IMG/VR virus record: IMGVR_UViG_3300024346_000052
Direction: 5' to 3' (one strand)
Length of the DNA stretch: 20,000 nt
Source of the DNA: an uncultured virus (IMG/VR IMGVR_UViG_3300024346_000052)
Taxonomy: Duplodnaviria; Heunggongvirae; Uroviricota; Caudoviricetes; Crassvirales
The notes below the pieces were generated by a model. The model was not told where the DNA came from and made no database searches. It saw nothing but the letters and a program-made list of their open reading frames with translations. Shown one piece after another: positions 15,984-20,000 of this stretch (position 1 is the stretch's first letter; each line of letters begins with the position of its first letter). A program made the translations under genes and the position numbers.

Positions 15984-16207
15984 AAAAAATAATAATAGCA
16001 GCAAGTTTTTTATGCTTATTAAGTTTTAACACTAAAACTGATACAGTAAAAAACAAAATATTTCAAGCAACGCAAGTACAAACAACACTAAGAGAAGAGT
16101 TGTATTGGATTTATATAGACAATCCTACACTAGAAAACAAAAGTAATCATGTAGATGCTTTATATGTAGAGACTTTATTAAAAGAAATTCTAAATGATAC
16201 AATTTAA
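15980..16207 (+). CDS. Hypothetical protein with signal-peptide-like N-terminus, 75 aa
   Basis: MKKIIIAASFLCLLSFN; ATGA coupling to the upstream gene. Confidence 0.65.
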   Translation: MKKIIIAASFLCLLSFNTKTDTVKNKIFQATQVQTTLREELYWIYIDNPTLENKSNHVDALYVETLLKEILNDTI

Positions 16208-16229
16208 AAACGAACACTAACAGATAATA
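16198..16229 (+). promoter_or_regulatory. Repeated promoter-like motif copy 6
   Basis: TACAATTTAAAAACGA-ACACTAAC-AGATAATA; ATG at 16235. Confidence 0.7.
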
Positions 16230-16234
16230 TATAT

Positions 16235-16378
16235 ATGAAAACAATTAAATTTTACCCAAGCAATAGGTCACTAATAAGATTAGATGACAAAATGATAAAA
16301 GGTTACACTATAGATAGTATACCAGACAACATAAACTCATGGTTTAACTATAAAGGTCTAACTTACGTAACAAGTTGA
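16235..16378 (+). CDS. Hypothetical protein, 47 aa
   Basis: Hand translation MKTIKFYPSNRSLIRLDDKMIKGYTIDSIPDNINSWFNYKGLTYVTS. Confidence 0.65.
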   Translation: MKTIKFYPSNRSLIRLDDKMIKGYTIDSIPDNINSWFNYKGLTYVTS

Positions 16379-16392
16379 TATAAACCCAACTG

Positions 16393-16437
16393 ACGAAACT
16401 AATAGCTCATACTTGATCAGTATGGGCTTTTCGTGGT
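16393..16437 (+). ncRNA. Conserved RNA hairpin element, copy A
   Basis: ACGAAA-CTAAT-AGCTCATACT-TGATC-AGTATGGGCT-TTTCGT-GGT, then ATG at 16438. Confidence 0.6.
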
Positions 16438-16878
16438 ATGAAATGTAACCACAATATTCCACAAGCAAGATTAAATCTTGGCTATAAAGTATGTGTCGAT
16501 TGTAGTACAGTAGAAAAACTCGGCTGTATTGACACTATAAATCATAAAACTGGCAATACTATTCAAGTAATGTCACGTGAAGATGCAGAAAAAGCCAATA
16601 AGTTAACAAAACGAGCAGGTTTTGGTATACTAAGATCTATGTCTAATGGTTCAAGTCAACGTAAAGCTAATATGATCACTGGATGCTCAACTACTTTTGT
16701 AGGTAACGACGTAATGTTCGAGCAAGTAGGTAAAACTTACATGGATTATTTAGAAGTTGATGAAGAAATTGCCCAGCGCTATCTCGATCGAGCGCTAAAC
16801 AACGTAGAAATATCTCAATTACAATATAATAAGATAAAATTACTTTGTTACAGTCTAAATACGATCAATAATAGATAA
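16438..16878 (+). CDS. Zinc-finger-like protein, 146 aa (DksA/TraR-type finger-like N-terminus)
   Basis: C...IPQARLNLGYKVCVDC resembles the IP.ARL...C..C part of DksA/TraR fingers. Confidence 0.6.
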   Translation: MKCNHNIPQARLNLGYKVCVDCSTVEKLGCIDTINHKTGNTIQVMSREDAEKANKLTKRAGFGILRSMSNGSSQRKANMITGCSTTFVGNDVMFEQVGKTYMDYLEVDEEIAQRYLDRALNNVEISQLQYNKIKLLCYSLNTINNR

Positions 16879-16880
16879 TA
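16849..16880 (+). promoter_or_regulatory. Repeated promoter-like motif copy 7
   Basis: TACAGTCTAAATACGA-TCAATAAT-AGATAATA. Confidence 0.75.
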
Positions 16881-16894
16881 TATTTAAATAATAT

Positions 16895-17041
16895 ATGAAT
16901 AAAATAACAAAAAAGCTCGAAAACTTGTACTCTTGGACAAAATTCTATCAAGATCGAGGTAATAAAGAAGCAATTAGAAAATGTCAAACTGAAATCGCAC
17001 AGTTAAAACAAGCGTTTAATCAATTAAAGTCTAAAAAATGA
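16895..17041 (+). CDS. Hypothetical protein, 48 aa
   Basis: Hand translation MNKITKKLENLYSWTKFYQDRGNKEAIRKCQTEIAQLKQAFNQLKSKK; ATGA coupling to the next gene. Confidence 0.65.
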   Translation: MNKITKKLENLYSWTKFYQDRGNKEAIRKCQTEIAQLKQAFNQLKSKK

Positions 17042-17328
17042 AAGATACTAACGCTATTGAAAAAGCACTAGAAAATAAGTGTAAACAAGAAATAAACCAA
17101 GTAGTCAACGTTTTTATGAACGAACTCGAAGTAAAAATCAGAGGTGAATATAGTTCAGCTAATTATTACGACTTTACACCACCAAACAACGATGGCAAGA
17201 AATCTTTTCACGTAATGGGTACTGAACAATTAAAAAATGTACTATTTAGAATGATTTCAAATGCTCATCTTGAGTCTATGGTTGCTTTAAAATCAAAAGA
17301 ATTAATTAAAAAACTTGAATTAGTATGA
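17038..17328 (+). CDS. Hypothetical protein, 96 aa
   Basis: ORF track; coupled to both neighbours. Confidence 0.7.
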   Translation: MKDTNAIEKALENKCKQEINQVVNVFMNELEVKIRGEYSSANYYDFTPPNNDGKKSFHVMGTEQLKNVLFRMISNAHLESMVALKSKELIKKLELV

Positions 17329-17630
17329 AAAATAGAACACTAAACGAAATTAGACAATCAAAAGAGTATCAACAAGCTGTTAAATCAGGAAATAATCTAG
17401 ATTTAAATGTTGATGTAGCTATAGACGAAATAGTAGATAATCTCAATACTCACTTGTTTGATATAATATTTCAAACAGTAAATGATGAAATGCATAAGTA
17501 TACTGTGTTTCAAGAACAAACTTATCTAACTCCTGAAGGCATGGATATGTTTGAAGAGCAATGGTTCGAGTTTTATCATGAGCATCACGGTGAAATTCTA
17601 GGTAGAATAATGAAAACTCTTACAAACTAA
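17325..17630 (+). CDS. Hypothetical acidic protein, 101 aa
   Basis: ORF track; stop lies inside motif copy 8. Confidence 0.7.
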   Translation: MKNRTLNEIRQSKEYQQAVKSGNNLDLNVDVAIDEIVDNLNTHLFDIIFQTVNDEMHKYTVFQEQTYLTPEGMDMFEEQWFEFYHEHHGEILGRIMKTLTN

Positions 17631-17652
17631 ATACGAACACTAAAAGATAATA
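17621..17652 (+). promoter_or_regulatory. Repeated promoter-like motif copy 8
   Basis: TACAAACTAAATACGA-ACACTAAA-AGATAATA; ATG at 17658. Confidence 0.8.
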
Positions 17653-17657
17653 TAAAC

Positions 17658-17879
17658 ATGTTATACGATAAATTAAAACCACATATCAAAGCCAAAATGA
17701 AAGAAAATGCTGAAGAGTATAAATCTGTCAATTGGATTATTGATGAACTAAAACAAAAAAACAATTATTCTGACTTAACTATTGAGCAAATAAGATCTAT
17801 CTGTACATTTGGCGATGTATGGTATTATGATCTTACGCAGAAAGAGTTAATATGGGGTGATTGGTTAACAAATAAATAA
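17658..17879 (+). CDS. Hypothetical protein, 73 aa
   Basis: ORF track. Confidence 0.7.
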   Translation: MLYDKLKPHIKAKMKENAEEYKSVNWIIDELKQKNNYSDLTIEQIRSICTFGDVWYYDLTQKELIWGDWLTNK

Positions 17880-17881
17880 AT

Positions 17882-18232
17882 ATGAACGAAGAAAAACTAG
17901 CTTTAGAAACATTAAAAGCACTAGGTGCTAAAGACACATCAAGTCCATCTCAAATAAAAAGAGGTACAACTTGCTTTACATTACCAACAGGTGACTGCGT
18001 GTCTGAACACAAAACAGGTTATATCAGAAAAAATCTACTAAATAAAAACGGTGGAATATATACTTGTTATCAACTAAATCCACAATATAAGACAATTGAA
18101 AAGTCTATAAGTTGGAATGGTAAAGAGCGTGTTGACGAAAGAAACAACAGGATGTTGATATGGAATAGAGCTGAAAGACTAAAAAGATTAGTCCTTTACA
18201 CAATAAAACAAATAAATAAACTAAATAAATAA
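17882..18232 (+). CDS. Hypothetical basic protein, 116 aa
   Basis: ORF track. Confidence 0.7.
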   Translation: MNEEKLALETLKALGAKDTSSPSQIKRGTTCFTLPTGDCVSEHKTGYIRKNLLNKNGGIYTCYQLNPQYKTIEKSISWNGKERVDERNNRMLIWNRAERLKRLVLYTIKQINKLNK

Positions 18233-18242
18233 ACTAAAAAAC

Positions 18243-18689
18243 ATGGAAGAATTAACCGAAGAAAGAATAATAGAATTAGTAAAAGATCACTTTGAATTAG
18301 AAATATCAACTGATATAATGAATTTTGAAAATCGTGATTTTATGATATACAGTGAAAGTACAGCAGATGGCTACGAAGTATTTATTGCTACACATGACCC
18401 AAGAAACCCATCAATATGTGAAGAAGTGCACTATTACGATAGTGATTTGTCTAAAATTTTTACAGATCAAATAAGCTATGGAGATAAAAGCTTTTACATT
18501 TGCGATGGTATTTACGAAGATTGTTATTTTGATGAAGCTTTAGTAGAATTGTTTGCTGATGTTGTTGAAGAAGTAATTCAAGAAGCAGAAGATGGCGAAG
18601 GAAATACTAATATTACAAAAAAAGAAATAGAGATTTTAAAAATAAATCATGGCTTAAATGCCGAAGAAATTGAAGAAACTGTTAGTTAG
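18243..18689 (+). CDS. Hypothetical highly acidic protein, 148 aa
   Basis: ORF track; very D/E-rich. Confidence 0.7.
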   Translation: MEELTEERIIELVKDHFELEISTDIMNFENRDFMIYSESTADGYEVFIATHDPRNPSICEEVHYYDSDLSKIFTDQISYGDKSFYICDGIYEDCYFDEALVELFADVVEEVIQEAEDGEGNTNITKKEIEILKINHGLNAEEIEETVS

Positions 18690-18743
18690 TTAATAGTAGT
18701 TTAGTTTCCACGATAGTTACTGAATAGGCCCGACCAGCAGGTA

Positions 18744-18791
18744 ACGAAAGTAACACTAGCTCGTACTCAAAAGGTACGGGCTTTTCGTGGT
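18744..18791 (+). ncRNA. Conserved RNA hairpin element, copy B
   Basis: ACGAAA-GTAACACT-AGCTCGTACT-CAAAA-GGTACGGGCT-TTTCGT-GGT, then ATG at 18792. Confidence 0.6.
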
Positions 18792-19007
18792 ATGGATAAT
18801 ATAGGAATGATGAAAGCGTTTATGTTACTAGGTGACTTACACGCTACAAGCACAGACAAGTTAAGCGACTCAAGAGTTGCTTACAAAGAAAGAATAGCTT
18901 TTGCTACAATGAGAGCTAGTATACCTGATTGGCAACCGCCAAGTGACTGGAATAGTTTAACTAATAAAGAAAAACTAAACAGACTTGATAAACTACAATC
19001 AGTATAA
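18792..19007 (+). CDS. Hypothetical protein, 71 aa
   Basis: ORF track; C-terminal PSDWNSLTNKEKLNRLDKL. Confidence 0.7.
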   Translation: MDNIGMMKAFMLLGDLHATSTDKLSDSRVAYKERIAFATMRASIPDWQPPSDWNSLTNKEKLNRLDKLQSV

Positions 19008-19008
19008 T

Positions 19009-19040
19009 TACAAACTAAATACGATAACTAACAGATAATA
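19009..19040 (+). promoter_or_regulatory. Repeated promoter-like motif copy 9
   Basis: TACAAACTAAATACGA-TAACTAAC-AGATAATA; ATG at 19046. Confidence 0.8.
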
Positions 19041-19045
19041 TTATT

Positions 19046-19354
19046 ATGATGAACGAAGATGAAATAGAAAGACTAGCTGATTTATTGTTTGATAAAATAA
19101 TGGAAAAGCAAGAAGAAGCAGACAGAGAGTATGCTGAACAAATAGTTAAATTAGCTAAAGATGGTTATGTAGTAAATGACATAACTGACAAACTAGAACT
19201 CAATGAAGAAGAAAAACTAGTAGGTGAATTAGCTAAAATGCAGACAATTATGATGATTCTCGAAGACAGAGAGGAATATGAAAAAGCTGCAGTAATACAA
19301 AAGAAAATTAAAAATATAAACAAGAAATTAAACAATGGATCAGGAAGATATTAA
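19046..19354 (+). CDS. Hypothetical coiled-coil protein, 102 aa (C-terminal UVR-domain-like EEYEKAAVIQKKI)
   Basis: ORF track; the motif resembles the UvrB/UvrC interaction helix-hairpin. Confidence 0.65.
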   Translation: MMNEDEIERLADLLFDKIMEKQEEADREYAEQIVKLAKDGYVVNDITDKLELNEEEKLVGELAKMQTIMMILEDREEYEKAAVIQKKIKNINKKLNNGSGRY

Positions 19355-20000
19355 AGCTATGCTAGCGCATAAGTACAATGAAGATAAAGCAGATTACCCT
19401 GCATTTATACAACCAAAACTAGATGGCGTACGCTGTTTATTTACTGCAAAAGGCGCTGTCTCTCGTGCTAATAACCAGTTTATGAATGTAGAGCATATAG
19501 AACAAGCTTTAAAGCCTTTCTTTGCAAAGAATCCTACAGCTATTCTTGACGGCGAATTATACAATCACGGTCTAAAAGATGACTTCGAAAAGATTATATC
19601 TCTTGTTAAAAAGAAAAAACCAACAGATGCTGATAGAGCTGAAGCTAAAGAACTAGTACAATATCACGTATATGATGTAGCTAGTATGACAATAGGCACT
19701 TATACAGACAGAAATTTGTTCTTACAAATGCTAACTTATACTCATCCTATTTGCAAAGTTGATACTAAATTAGCTCTAGATTTTGACGACGCTCAAAAGA
19801 TGCATGCTAAAAACCTTAAACTAGGTTACGAAGGTTCTATATATAGAACTACTTATGGCAAATACAAAGGTACTAGATCATGGGATCTTATGAAGTTTAA
19901 AGACTTTCACGATGCAGAAGCTACAATCGTTGGCTATGAAATAGGTAAAGGTAAACGTGAAGGTACACTAGGTAAATTCCTTATGCAAGATGATGACGGA
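19335..20000 (+). CDS. ATP-dependent DNA ligase (partial, runs off the window)
   Basis: Not in the ORF track. Hand translation MDQEDIKAMLAHKY...QPKLDGVRC (motif I, KxDG)...ILDGELY (III)...YHVYDV (IIIa)...GYEGSIYR (IV)...LMKFKDFHDAEA (V). Confidence 0.93.
   Translation, partial: MDQEDIKAMLAHKYNEDKADYPAFIQPKLDGVRCLFTAKGAVSRANNQFMNVEHIEQALKPFFAKNPTAILDGELYNHGLKDDFEKIISLVKKKKPTDADRAEAKELVQYHVYDVASMTIGTYTDRNLFLQMLTYTHPICKVDTKLALDFDDAQKMHAKNLKLGYEGSIYRTTYGKYKGTRSWDLMKFKDFHDAEATIVGYEIGKGKREGTLGKFLMQDDDG

Noticed and set aside
16390..16465. Second hammerhead at CTGACGA (16390)
   Set aside because: No properly closed stem II before a GAAA and no stem I/III partners; the sequence is explained by the repeated hairpin element.
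18700..18795. Twister or HDV-like/theta ribozyme
   Set aside because: TAACACT and GGCCCG/CGGGCT were noticed, but the required pseudoknot partners and catalytic junctions could not be found by eye.
13859..19040. CRISPR array interpretation of the 32-bp repeats
   Set aside because: Spacing is 200-1400 bp with intact ORFs between copies, the repeat middle is variable, and no cas genes are present.

Overview
AT-rich tailed-phage (Caudoviricetes-like) genome segment. A Bacteroidota/Flavobacteriia host is inferred from the lack of Shine-Dalgarno motifs and the A-rich start contexts. It has two divergent arms meeting at a non-coding region (~13513-13858). The left arm (1-13512, minus strand) is late/structural: a repeat-rich tail fibre, 3TM holin, T7-type amidase endolysin, further small membrane genes, phage groEL-groES, two paralogous fibre-like genes and Lys-rich proteins sharing SPxx motifs. 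The right arm (13920-20000, plus strand) is an early-like region of ~20 small ORFs ending in an ATP-dependent DNA ligase. The most notable signal is non-coding structure in the right arm: nine copies of a 32-bp promoter-like motif (TACAAACTAAATACGA-N8-AGATAATA), a complete type I hammerhead ribozyme (15064-15113), an anticodon-less tRNA-like mini-structure (14445-14488), and two copies of a covarying hairpin ending 3 nt before start codons (16393-16440, 18744-18794). Together these suggest an RNA-level transcript-processing system. All calls were made by eye; no searches were run.
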